Source: a virus. From it: a stretch of DNA of 42,259 bases. The stretch lies in IMG/VR virus record IMGVR_UViG_3300007048_000001; one strand, given 5' to 3'. This document shows positions 32,201 through 40,104 of this stretch, in pieces. How positions within the stretch are numbered: position 1 is the first letter of the stretch; each line of letters starts with the position of its first letter. Made by a program: the position numbers and the translations under genes. Below the pieces are notes generated by a model. That model was given only the letters and a program-made list of their open reading frames with translations. It had not been told where the DNA came from and ran no database searches.

Positions 32201-34476
32201 GACCAATCGTAGAAAGGACCAATGATGCGATCGATGCGGCCCGAGAGCAGATCGACACGCTTAACAAGCGCCTTGATTTCATCAAGCTTCAAAGGGACAT
32301 GGGGGAGATCACCCCCGAGGAAGCGCAGGCGCAGATACGAAGGATCACGCAGAGAGTAGACACAACCCAGATCTGGATCGAGAGGAGGCAAGATCTCGGC
32401 TACAAACAACAGGGGGCAGTGACACGAGAACTGCAAGCAGAGCTAGCTGAGGTGGTCAGGGCTCAGACCGGCCGATCTCTTGATGACGCCAGTCGTGAGC
32501 AGATCTTTGATGCCCAAGCGGCACTGCTCGAGAGCAAGGGGTATGACCTGACGCCCCCAACCCGTGATGCGGCCTTGAAGTTCTTCGATGGCCGGACGTT
32601 GCAAGAGACGCTCATGCAGCGACGGCGTGATCGTGATGCCCTGCGGCTTGCACAGCAAGATGTCGAGGCGTTGCCCATCAAGCTGGCTAATGTTGCTGCT
32701 CGTCTAGAAGCAGGTGAGATCAAGCCGAGTACCGCCAAGGGGCAGACAACCAAGCTGAACAAGGAACTGGCAGCTGCTGAGCAGCGGTTAGCAGAACTGC
32801 AAGACGAGCTGGCAGATAAGGGAACATGGCGGGATGAACTAATCAATGCGCTTATTACGTATGCCGAGGAAGGTGGCCAGTTCGCGAGAGAGCGCGCGCG
32901 GGTAGGGATCGACGAACAGTTCCTTGGTGCCTTGGATTTCTTTGACGAGAGCACCTTGCAACAGACGGCGGCGCAGAGGCGGCGTGATCTTGATGCGCTA
33001 CGAAAAGTGGAGGCGCGCACCGCCGCCCAGCTAGAGGCAGGGGAAATCACAGCAGAGGAGGCCGTTGCCCTAACGGATGAGGCGCGGCGCGCATTCGACA
33101 GCGAGCGTGATACCTGGCAAACAAAGATGCTTGATGCAGTGCTGACGTATGCCGAGAACACAGGCACCCAGCTCAAGCGAGTCATCGAGCAAGGTGAACT
33201 GAGATACACGCGCGAGGTGCCCGGGTTTGAAGGCACCGACCTGGCCCGGGCCCGAGCCCCTGTCGACCTAGAGGCTCAGTTGGCGGGCAGCCCTGTTGAG
33301 TTGCCCGAAGGGTTGACCCGTCAACGTCGGGAGGAGATCAAGGCGGAAATCCTGAGGCGCGCCATCACCAATGGGGAAGTCCAAACATGGAAGACCGCAA
33401 TTCCAGAGCGCCAACCCACCCCCCGTTTCTTTGAACAAGGCAGCTTCATTGATGCCCTCCTTAGTGACACGACAGGGCGAGCGGCGCAAGGCTTCAGTGA
33501 CTACAACCCAAACTGGAGGTTCTGGGGGCAGCCTGATCTGAGCTTCCGCAATGAGCTCGCCATCGCTGATGAGTTCCGTCTGCGGATGGAATACAACCTG
33601 CGTGATGCACAGATGCAACAGGCACAGAAGCGTGCCTGGATGACCGCGCATCGCTGGGAGGAATTGAGCTGGGAAGAGCAGAAAGCGATGGGCTTGATGG
33701 GGCGTGGGTCCTTTGCGATGAAGAGCAGTGACCTTGTCGAGCCTTCCCTCGTTGTCGAACCATCGCGCCCCTCCTTTATTGACCCGCGCTTCACCCAAGG
33801 TGGGCGCGAGGCGATCTATGACCCCCAGATCAACTGGGCTAGTGACCTGCCTCAAACCAGCGCTGAGCTCGACCCGATGCGTGGGGCCTACAGAAACCCC
33901 CCCGGGACTAGTGCTGGTGATACCCCATTATTCCAGCCAGGGCTGCAACCAAGACCAGAGAGCGCCCCTGATCGTGGGCGCTATCGCAACCCGCTTGGGC
34001 CAGTAGCTGATGACCCATCGGCATTCAATCCAGAGCTAGAGCCTCGCCCTGCACGTGACCCCAGCATGGGCTTCTATGACAGCGCCTCGGTGCAGGCCCA
34101 CATGGAACCCAATGTGGGGGGTGGACAAAGGCTAACCAAAGAGATGGTCAGCGTTGAGGGGGAAATGCAGGTGCACGATGTGACGGCCAAGACAGTGGAG
34201 GTTGTCGAGGAGGGGCCCCCTTCTGCTGCTGGGATTCCCCAACAGCAAGTCCACGAAGCGCCCCCACGCAAGCGCCGTGCACAGAGGAGGAGAAAAGGGC
34301 TAAGCAAACAGAAGCCCTTGCCTGCTGCGCCTGAACAACCCCCAGCGGGGACCGGCCAAGCTGAGGAGGTCAAGCGTGTCGCTGATGAAGCGGAAGCCAA
34401 GATCACTGCCGAGGAGGCAGAGTTGCTCAGAGAACAAGAGAACATCCGTAGAGAACTTGGGGAGGATCCCTGCTAA
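29287..34476 (+). CDS. Giant internal (ejection) protein candidate, 1729 aa
   Basis: An uninterrupted ORF in the core-protein slot. It has a Pro-rich N-terminus, a second Pro-rich low-complexity block (about 30480-30960), long coiled regions with internal repeats, and a basic C-terminus. Confidence 0.8.
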   Translation: MPTRFLITPLAPYDAADPTFTQPVLPTPAPTAPPTPQGPAEPERQPRQQQPPSPAADVPETPRPAPEAPALKQDATPTTPTRTRRQRLVEEEAGIAKPFHQLKHVLDSPDILPFALASPFNAISKFTNALGDVIQGKPVDTSDAWIIPDETIRRLSPARHLHDEWEVTPADEAAADLGNVIGAEATGFLTGAGILHWVRRLSMAKHVANAVRGTKAARRLARAHRTNTGVRQLLGAGRATGQVTGGTALATLFMDYERESGNLSNFLELGPRFVGEKFLGGSFSDFRLPLRIDETDNYLEKFGKSFIAEGIAAPLAAMGLGALVPPLRRAMFDGGVTWLDDLAAIEPEPYRYRGTDSDDPWIDRGVFNFGEGPPPQWWSRTVAGAIGDVASPFVGRGAGIPPPDTALGGVPAPARAAAREGIGGGLGRGFSPSPSSNLMRRDPRAWDPTGGQGPPPVWTAIGDPTEGLPLRPELQLPDPWTTPPISQTVVVAPRRQLQAGGPRLLPPPQRQIQGSSLAGALPPVPPDPWETPRLSGADQPAQLSPWPGGMPQLPSWEAKADPSRAMQYGSAIERALSENLQFRQIGSQRRRLEDMGIVDVTYNQAGQREIQWAIEPTISAEFQQLSMERGRLLAQLPSAEIERLSRQREDLLAQIPGTDKANARQIQEEINQIDLRLEELSIETDSNLVLQQLDSIDQRLRNLPEISERFVERPPTERPRYEPGGDLYQPGGPLTTIDPRPEIDTYLAALDELSDAQLREVYSRVSRELWEEAKVNELQAAQDRVNDLTQRLADLEARQQAGELTPSGAKGQLTRVQNELADAKQQLNLAQMSMAQPEGRVGDQLDLMVWQQSDLSLEPTVAVVFQPPTPREFLSWNTPEGYRGALERMDRDAVRRLAMPEVNPEVAAMVRARTGKRAWASKKADIIDVLVEYSERRNMYYPIVRDRVNRRLSDKEQVILRSLGDELQLRNRPIVERTNDAIDAAREQIDTLNKRLDFIKLQRDMGEITPEEAQAQIRRITQRVDTTQIWIERRQDLGYKQQGAVTRELQAELAEVVRAQTGRSLDDASREQIFDAQAALLESKGYDLTPPTRDAALKFFDGRTLQETLMQRRRDRDALRLAQQDVEALPIKLANVAARLEAGEIKPSTAKGQTTKLNKELAAAEQRLAELQDELADKGTWRDELINALITYAEEGGQFARERARVGIDEQFLGALDFFDESTLQQTAAQRRRDLDALRKVEARTAAQLEAGEITAEEAVALTDEARRAFDSERDTWQTKMLDAVLTYAENTGTQLKRVIEQGELRYTREVPGFEGTDLARARAPVDLEAQLAGSPVELPEGLTRQRREEIKAEILRRAITNGEVQTWKTAIPERQPTPRFFEQGSFIDALLSDTTGRAAQGFSDYNPNWRFWGQPDLSFRNELAIADEFRLRMEYNLRDAQMQQAQKRAWMTAHRWEELSWEEQKAMGLMGRGSFAMKSSDLVEPSLVVEPSRPSFIDPRFTQGGREAIYDPQINWASDLPQTSAELDPMRGAYRNPPGTSAGDTPLFQPGLQPRPESAPDRGRYRNPLGPVADDPSAFNPELEPRPARDPSMGFYDSASVQAHMEPNVGGGQRLTKEMVSVEGEMQVHDVTAKTVEVVEEGPPSAAGIPQQQVHEAPPRKRRAQRRRKGLSKQKPLPAAPEQPPAGTGQAEEVKRVADEAEAKITAEEAELLREQENIRRELGEDPC

Positions 34477-37400
34477 TGGCTGAGTGCGACCCGCTGAACC
34501 AAAGACTCGAGGAGATCCAAGCCCGGCTTAAGGACTTGGCCGCGGCTAGGGCAGCAGCTCAGTCAATGCGGGAGATGGCTGATGTACCAAACGTCGGCAA
34601 GAACATCGCCATCTTGAAAGATTATCTAGGGCAAGAGATCGGGGTATCGCTTGAAGCTTGGATCAAACAAGGCGAGAGCGACATGCGCGCAATGGGTGAT
34701 CGAGCGATTCAAGACTTGGTCTCGCAGGGCATCGCCGGTAGGGAAGGGCCACGCGGCAGCAGCGGCAGGATGACAAACTTTAATCAGTACATGGTGGACT
34801 TCAAGCAATACCCAAGAAAGCTAGATAATGTCTTGGCCTTGTTAGAGGTGATTGGTCTGCAGAGAGTCGAGACAGAACAAGGGATAAGACTCAAGAGAAG
34901 CTTCACGAGAACCGCTGCAGCACAAGCAGTCAAGCGTCTTTATAGGGAGAAAGGCGGCGATCCAGAAAGCATCTTCCAGTATCTAACGACCAAGGCCAGA
35001 CGAGGTGGGATCGCTGATTTAGCAGAGACGACAGCACTCGTGGCGAAGGCACGATGGGATTCAATCAGTCAGTTCGCAGATGTTGTCGACCAGATCGCGA
35101 GTGCCATGGTCGATGGGGCATACACTGACGAGCTGAAGATGTATCTGGGCAATGCTACGCAGTGGGCGCATCTGTTTGAGCACCTTGATGCCTTCTACCG
35201 TAGGAAGGTAGGCCAAGCGCTGCATAGTCTCCAGTTTAGATTCGACGATGACTTCACGCTGGTCGATCTTGATGAAGGGCTAGTACGAGAGCTCACAATG
35301 GAGGACATCAAGGGTGAGACCCTCCTAGGCCAGGTCTTGAAACACATCGAGCAAGGCGATACGCAAAAGCTTCGGCAGATGGCAGCCACTGTCCGCACCA
35401 ATGGGCTGACACGGACGCAGCTCAACACGCCTAGGTTCTTGTCGCAGCTTCATCTGCTCAACAACTTTAGACGGAACAATATGCTAACATCCCTGTCGTC
35501 TTGGGCGGTGCGTAACCCTGTCGGCGGGGCTTTGGTCAGTATGTATTACGGCATGGAGGATGTGATCGAGGGATCGCTTCGTGTTGGTGTAGCCGAAGAG
35601 ATGAAAGCTATAGCTCACGCTAACCGATTCCTTGTTGATGCCATGCAGATGGCAGCAAAGAATGCATTCACGTTTCTTGGGACTGGCCGAGCAGTGATGG
35701 GTCCCGGTGCATTCAAACTAGATGTGTCCCCCGAGATTTTAGGGGATGAGAAGCGAGCTGTCTACGACGCACTTGCGGCAAGCTTGACGGTATTCCGTGA
35801 TCCTCTTTATCACCTGAAAGTGCCTGTTGCATCAACAGCAGTCACCACGATGAACCTGCTGAACGCAGCGTTCAGCATTGTGTTCGGTCGTATTGGAGAG
35901 AAGTTTGGTTGGGATGGTGGCTACCTCCCATCGTTCAGGTTGCTCGGTGCTGGGGATGAAGGCATCCGTTCGATGGCCTATGCCTTGAAGGTAAATCATG
36001 AGGCCTACCTTCAAGCGCGCAAAGAGCTCGGCCCCAAGGCCAGCTCTGAGGCGGTGGCGGCAGCAGCAGAAGAGAAGGCCAAGCGCTCACTCTTCAGTGG
36101 GCAGATGAGCGATGAAGACCTGGTGAACTTCCGTCGGAAGGCCGGCATCCCCATCGGTGAGGGCATGTCGAATGATGAACTGCGCCTTCAGATCAACAAC
36201 AACCTAGCTGGCATGCCTGACACCACCACCGAGCTCGGGGCAATGGGTGTCAAGCGTGGACAGGAGGTCACCTTCACCACGACCAACACAAACCCCATCA
36301 TGCAGGGGCTAGGCCTGACGCGGCAGAACGCGCTGGTGGCATGGCAGCTGCCGTTCTTCAAGACCCCACTCAACGCCTTGCTGTGGAGTCTGAATCGAAC
36401 AGCGCTGCCCTCAGTGTTCAAGGTGATGAACCTACCTTCCAATGCGACGAAGGAGGAGATCGCCCAAGCACAGGCTCAGCTCATCCTTTCGGGGGTGATC
36501 ATGGCGCTGGGTGGTGCGGCCATCCAGTCGGGTGCCTTTGTTGGTGGGGGGCCGTCCGATCGTGAGGACTACAAGCGCTGGCGCCGGGCGGGCAACATCC
36601 CCTATAGCTTCCGGATTAACGGCCGGACAATCCCTGCCTCGCGCATCCTCTCCTCATGGGGAGGGATCGACCCGGTTGATCTGCTTGGCATTCAGGCTGA
36701 TGTGTGGGAGTTAGCGATCAAAGATGGGATCGGTGAGGGTGACTACGCACAGTTCTCCTATGGGCTGCTCACTGCAGGGGCACGGATGCTCAATAACAAG
36801 GCCAGTCTGCTGAGCACCGCCACGGTGCTGAACGCATTGACGCAACCCGATCGGGTGGACATCGCTCAGGTCTTGGCCTCTTCAATGGGAGGACTCGGGC
36901 CATTGTCTGGGCTATCAGGCAACATCGACCGCGCAATGCGGGGACCGAGGGAACCGACCGACAACAGGCGATTCATCACCGCAGCGGAGAAGCAAGCACT
37001 CAAGGATGCAGACCCTGCCTACCAGCCCCTGGCCCCGATCTTGGAGTTCTTGCAAGATGTGGGGGAACGCGTCGCCAAGCCATACGTCGGCTTGAACCAA
37101 GTCTTAAAAGCACCGGTGCGTAGGGACTGGCTCGGGACTGAGATCAAGCGCCCTGCCGGCATCCCCTTCGATGCGGTCATCCCCTTCGCGCCGGTCATCA
37201 TGCCGAAGGACCCGTTGTATCAGTGGTTGTTTGATGCAGGAGTGACGACCAAACCAAAACCCAACAACCGAATCACGATTGGGCGCACCCCAAAGAGCGC
37301 CACTCTGACGATGACCAACGAGGAGGAGGCAATTTATCGCGAGGCGATGCGCACCTATGTAGGGGAGGTGCCCGCGACTGCCTTCATGCATAGAAAACCG

Positions 37401-37760
37401 AGCAGTTTCTACATGGACATCGATCGGTATGTCCAAGGCAACACGTTGCGGGAAGCGTTGCGTGCCCTCAAGAACGACCCGATCTACCAAGCCGTCGTGG
37501 CCATCTCCGAGAATGACAGCCCTGACCAGAGAGTGAACCCAGCGCCCTTTGCTGATCGGCGGGACACCAGCCTCTACAGCCCAATCCAAGACATCATCGA
37601 CTACTACGACGTGGCCGGCCGGCTTGCGCTTGCTGCCGGGGAAGGCGAGATCTCAGATGGTTTCAGGACGCGTTACCAAGCGATGATCAAGGCGAACGAG
37701 GCGACACTGCAGGACAAGATCGACCGGTACGAGGAACTGGAGTTGGAACGGCGCCCCTGA
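34476..37760 (+). CDS. Large internal core protein candidate, 1094 aa
   Basis: An uninterrupted ORF whose start overlaps the upstream stop (TAATG). It is the last gene before the tail fibre region, in the gp16-like position. Confidence 0.75.
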   Translation: MAECDPLNQRLEEIQARLKDLAAARAAAQSMREMADVPNVGKNIAILKDYLGQEIGVSLEAWIKQGESDMRAMGDRAIQDLVSQGIAGREGPRGSSGRMTNFNQYMVDFKQYPRKLDNVLALLEVIGLQRVETEQGIRLKRSFTRTAAAQAVKRLYREKGGDPESIFQYLTTKARRGGIADLAETTALVAKARWDSISQFADVVDQIASAMVDGAYTDELKMYLGNATQWAHLFEHLDAFYRRKVGQALHSLQFRFDDDFTLVDLDEGLVRELTMEDIKGETLLGQVLKHIEQGDTQKLRQMAATVRTNGLTRTQLNTPRFLSQLHLLNNFRRNNMLTSLSSWAVRNPVGGALVSMYYGMEDVIEGSLRVGVAEEMKAIAHANRFLVDAMQMAAKNAFTFLGTGRAVMGPGAFKLDVSPEILGDEKRAVYDALAASLTVFRDPLYHLKVPVASTAVTTMNLLNAAFSIVFGRIGEKFGWDGGYLPSFRLLGAGDEGIRSMAYALKVNHEAYLQARKELGPKASSEAVAAAAEEKAKRSLFSGQMSDEDLVNFRRKAGIPIGEGMSNDELRLQINNNLAGMPDTTTELGAMGVKRGQEVTFTTTNTNPIMQGLGLTRQNALVAWQLPFFKTPLNALLWSLNRTALPSVFKVMNLPSNATKEEIAQAQAQLILSGVIMALGGAAIQSGAFVGGGPSDREDYKRWRRAGNIPYSFRINGRTIPASRILSSWGGIDPVDLLGIQADVWELAIKDGIGEGDYAQFSYGLLTAGARMLNNKASLLSTATVLNALTQPDRVDIAQVLASSMGGLGPLSGLSGNIDRAMRGPREPTDNRRFITAAEKQALKDADPAYQPLAPILEFLQDVGERVAKPYVGLNQVLKAPVRRDWLGTEIKRPAGIPFDAVIPFAPVIMPKDPLYQWLFDAGVTTKPKPNNRITIGRTPKSATLTMTNEEEAIYREAMRTYVGEVPATAFMHRKPSSFYMDIDRYVQGNTLREALRALKNDPIYQAVVAISENDSPDQRVNPAPFADRRDTSLYSPIQDIIDYYDVAGRLALAAGEGEISDGFRTRYQAMIKANEATLQDKIDRYEELELERRP

Positions 37761-37763
37761 CCC

Positions 37764-37792
37764 TTGACACTCACTCTGACGCGCGCCATACT
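37764..37792 (+). promoter_or_regulatory. Strong sigma70-type promoter for the recombinase gene
   Basis: -35 TTGACA (37764-37769), exactly 17-nt spacer, -10 CATACT (37787-37792). GAGGAG lies upstream of ATG 37816. Confidence 0.6.
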
Positions 37793-37815
37793 GTGTGCAG
37801 AGAGGAGAGCCAGCC

Positions 37816-38388
37816 ATGACACGCTCAATCGGTTACGCCAGAGTCTCCACCGTCCACCAAGACAGGGCCGGCCAAGTCGCGGCGCTCAAAGCCGCCGGAT
37901 GCTCAAAGGTCTTTGATGAAACGATCTCCAGCTGCATCTCTGATAGCGACCGCCCAGAACTGCAAAGAGCCCTCAAAGAACTCAGGGCTGGCGATGAACT
38001 GGTGCTGGCCAAGCTCGATCGCCTAGGCCGCACGCAAGTGGAAGTGATCAACCGCCTGCATGACCTGCAATCCAACGGCATCGACGTCCGCACCCTCGAT
38101 GGCCTGATCAACACGCGTGCACTTGGCAAGATGGCCCCGCTCATGATCGGCATGCTGACGGGTCTGGCGGAAATCGAACGTGAACTCACCCGTGAACGCA
38201 CGCTTGAGTCCATTGCGCACCGCAGAGCGACAGGAGGCGACTTGGGTGGACGCCGCAAGAGCTACACCCCAGAACAAGAAACCATGGTGATGCGACTGCA
38301 CAAAGCAGGTCAATCTTTGCGCATGATAGCAAGGGAAGTGGGTCTGAGCCACAGCGTTGTCTCGCGACTCGTCCATAGCCATGGCTAA
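37816..38388 (+). CDS. Small serine recombinase, resolvase/invertase family (Hin/Gin/Cin-like architecture)
   Basis: 190 aa from ATG 37816. N-terminal SIGYARVSTVHQD carries the catalytic Ser. Other family motifs are DELVLAKLDRLGRT, GLAEIERELTRERT and GGRRKSYTPEQ. The C-terminal HTH reads GQSLRMIAREVGLSHSVVSRLV. It aligns colinearly with Hin from memory. Confidence 0.9.
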   Translation: MTRSIGYARVSTVHQDRAGQVAALKAAGCSKVFDETISSCISDSDRPELQRALKELRAGDELVLAKLDRLGRTQVEVINRLHDLQSNGIDVRTLDGLINTRALGKMAPLMIGMLTGLAEIERELTRERTLESIAHRRATGGDLGGRRKSYTPEQETMVMRLHKAGQSLRMIAREVGLSHSVVSRLVHSHG

Positions 38389-38409
38389 GCTGCCCCCAGC
38401 GGACCGGCC

Positions 38410-38432
38410 GGGCCCTTCGGGGCCCTTTTTAT
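38410..38432 (+). terminator. Rho-independent terminator after the recombinase gene
   Basis: GGGCCC-TTCG-GGGCCC (6-bp GC stem with a UUCG tetraloop) followed by TTTTTAT. Confidence 0.7.
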
Positions 38433-38469
38433 TGGCTCAGCTAAGCTGGACTGGTGTGCCTGAGGCCTC

Positions 38470-39249
38470 ATGGCAACCAGAACGCCACTTGCCTACAACC
38501 AGTACGTCGGCACGACGACTGCTAGGTCCAGCTTCCCAGTGACGTTCCCGTACTTATGGCGTGCTCACGTCAAGGTCTACACCGGCTATGACCTGGTCAA
38601 GAGGACAGGGACCGAGCTGACTGAAGGGACTGACTACACATGGGCTGACAACACAACCATCCAAACAACAGATGACCTAGTACTTGGCACCACGTTAACG
38701 ATCGTTCGCGAGACCCCAGATAATGCACCCTTGGTTGCTTGGCAAGATGGGTCAAATCTTTTGGCGGTTGACTTGAACACGAGTGTTCAGCAGAACTTGT
38801 ATGTCTTCCAAGAAGAAAGAGATGCGAATGTCGCTGCGGTCGACAAGCTAGCTGCCACAGCAACAACAGCGAAAAACGCAGCGGCCGAATCAATGGCGGC
38901 ATCCGCCAGATCAGCAGAGGCAGCAGCAGAGGCAGCAACGGCCACGGCAGCAGCAGAAACCGCAGCGGATAAGGCCAATGATGCTGTGGCTGTGGCAAGA
39001 CAAGAAGCGGGCCAGGTCGCTGCGACAGCAGCGAATGCACTAGCAGTGGCTACTGCAGCGGTCGCCCCCATCTCGCTGTTGCAGGTGCTTGAACCGATGG
39101 CGATTCTTTCTAACCGCTTTGATGGCATCGGCAGCCCGGGTGAGATGCCCTTTGGCGTGGGCCCGGTCGCGCCATCTGGGGTCACGTTTTCAGGTATCAG
39201 CCAGCGGGACTATTATCCTATGCATCTGAAGTCAGGGAGTTTCTGCTGA
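38470..39249 (+). CDS. Tail fibre protein with T7 gp17-like N-terminal tail-attachment domain
   Basis: 259 aa. The N-terminus YNQYVGTTTARSSFPVTFPYLWRAHVKVYTGYD...LTEGTDYTW fits the T7 tail fibre N-terminal domain pattern. An Ala-rich coiled segment follows, then a C-terminal module GIGSPGEMPFGVGP...DYYPMHLKSGSFC. Confidence 0.85.
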   Translation: MATRTPLAYNQYVGTTTARSSFPVTFPYLWRAHVKVYTGYDLVKRTGTELTEGTDYTWADNTTIQTTDDLVLGTTLTIVRETPDNAPLVAWQDGSNLLAVDLNTSVQQNLYVFQEERDANVAAVDKLAATATTAKNAAAESMAASARSAEAAAEAATATAAAETAADKANDAVAVARQEAGQVAATAANALAVATAAVAPISLLQVLEPMAILSNRFDGIGSPGEMPFGVGPVAPSGVTFSGISQRDYYPMHLKSGSFC

Positions 39250-39455
39250 TGGGCCAATTCGGCTCAATCATCCCGGGGCTAGCTATCCCTGAGCATGATC
39301 ATGTAACCTTGGACCCTCCCACGCTACCCACGACAATCACTTACCGTGCGGGTGGTGCGATGGGAGACATCGTGGCAGTGCTGACCTTGACTTACGTCGC
39401 CTTCGACTTAGAGACCATCTCGATCTTTAGAGGAGACCCCACGGCACAACCATGA
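39249..39455 (+). CDS. Small protein following fibre 1 (assembly factor or adaptor candidate)
   Basis: 68-aa ORF, translationally coupled at both ends (TGATG and ATGA overlaps). Confidence 0.5.
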   Translation: MGQFGSIIPGLAIPEHDHVTLDPPTLPTTITYRAGGAMGDIVAVLTLTYVAFDLETISIFRGDPTAQP

Positions 39456-39823
39456 CGACCTACACCTACGACCCGACCAGCGGGGGCCTCATCCCCCAAG
39501 CACAGCGCACGATTGAGGTCACCATCAATGGGATTGACGTCAATGCTGTCGTCGGTGCACAAGGCCCGAAAGGGGATGATGGTGCGAAGGGGGACAAAGG
39601 AGACGCCGGTGCGACCGGTGCGCAAGGCCCACCTGGTTCGACTGGTTCACGTTGGCTTGATGAAGAAGAGGCGATTGTTCGTAATGGTGCTCTTTCCATC
39701 GGGCAGCAAGGAACCATCCCCTTCGGGGTTGGCCCCCATGGGTTAACTGGGGTTGTGTCCTTCCGATCAGTCGGTGTTGACAGGTATTATCCAAAGCATG
39801 TTGGTTCTGCAAGCTTTATGTGA
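39452..39823 (+). CDS. Short collagen-like fibre protein carrying the same C-terminal module as fibre 1
   Basis: 123 aa. It has Gly-X-Y repeats (GAQGPKGDDGAKGDKGDAGATGAQGPPGSTG) and a C-terminal SIGQQGTIPFGVGP...DRYYPKHVGSASFM. Confidence 0.75.
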   Translation: MTTYTYDPTSGGLIPQAQRTIEVTINGIDVNAVVGAQGPKGDDGAKGDKGDAGATGAQGPPGSTGSRWLDEEEAIVRNGALSIGQQGTIPFGVGPHGLTGVVSFRSVGVDRYYPKHVGSASFM

Positions 39824-40104
39824 TGACTGTTTTTCGTTACTACAAAGCTGATGCCGAGCAAGTGCTAGGCCTGCACTTCCCCACTAGTCCAGGGGATGAT
39901 GAGGCGCCTCCTTTCACGTTCGTTGCATTGCATAATGACAAGGACCCCGACGCGAATGGCAGTGATGGGCTCAACTATTTTGGTGCACATGGTGATGATG
40001 GTGATGTAATCGATACTTGGGCAGCCACACAACCTCTAGTGCCAATTGACAAGAGTGAAGTCTTGGCACCGATCACCTTCCACCCGCACCCCTTCGAGTC
40101 ATGA
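39823..40104 (+). CDS. Small acidic protein following fibre 2 (assembly factor or adaptor candidate)
   Basis: 93 aa from ATG 39823 (the track starts at GTG 39820). It is coupled to both neighbours. Confidence 0.5.
   Translation: MTVFRYYKADAEQVLGLHFPTSPGDDEAPPFTFVALHNDKDPDANGSDGLNYFGAHGDDGDVIDTWAATQPLVPIDKSEVLAPITFHPHPFES

Noticed and set aside
38384-38448. 9-bp direct repeat GCTAAGCTG on both sides of the recombinase terminator (38384-38392 and 38440-38448), as a possible target-site duplication
   Set aside because: The repeats flank only the 47-bp terminator segment, not the whole promoter-gene-terminator cassette. The first copy is constrained by the gene's last codons and stop. It is too short to interpret and is noted only as a curiosity.
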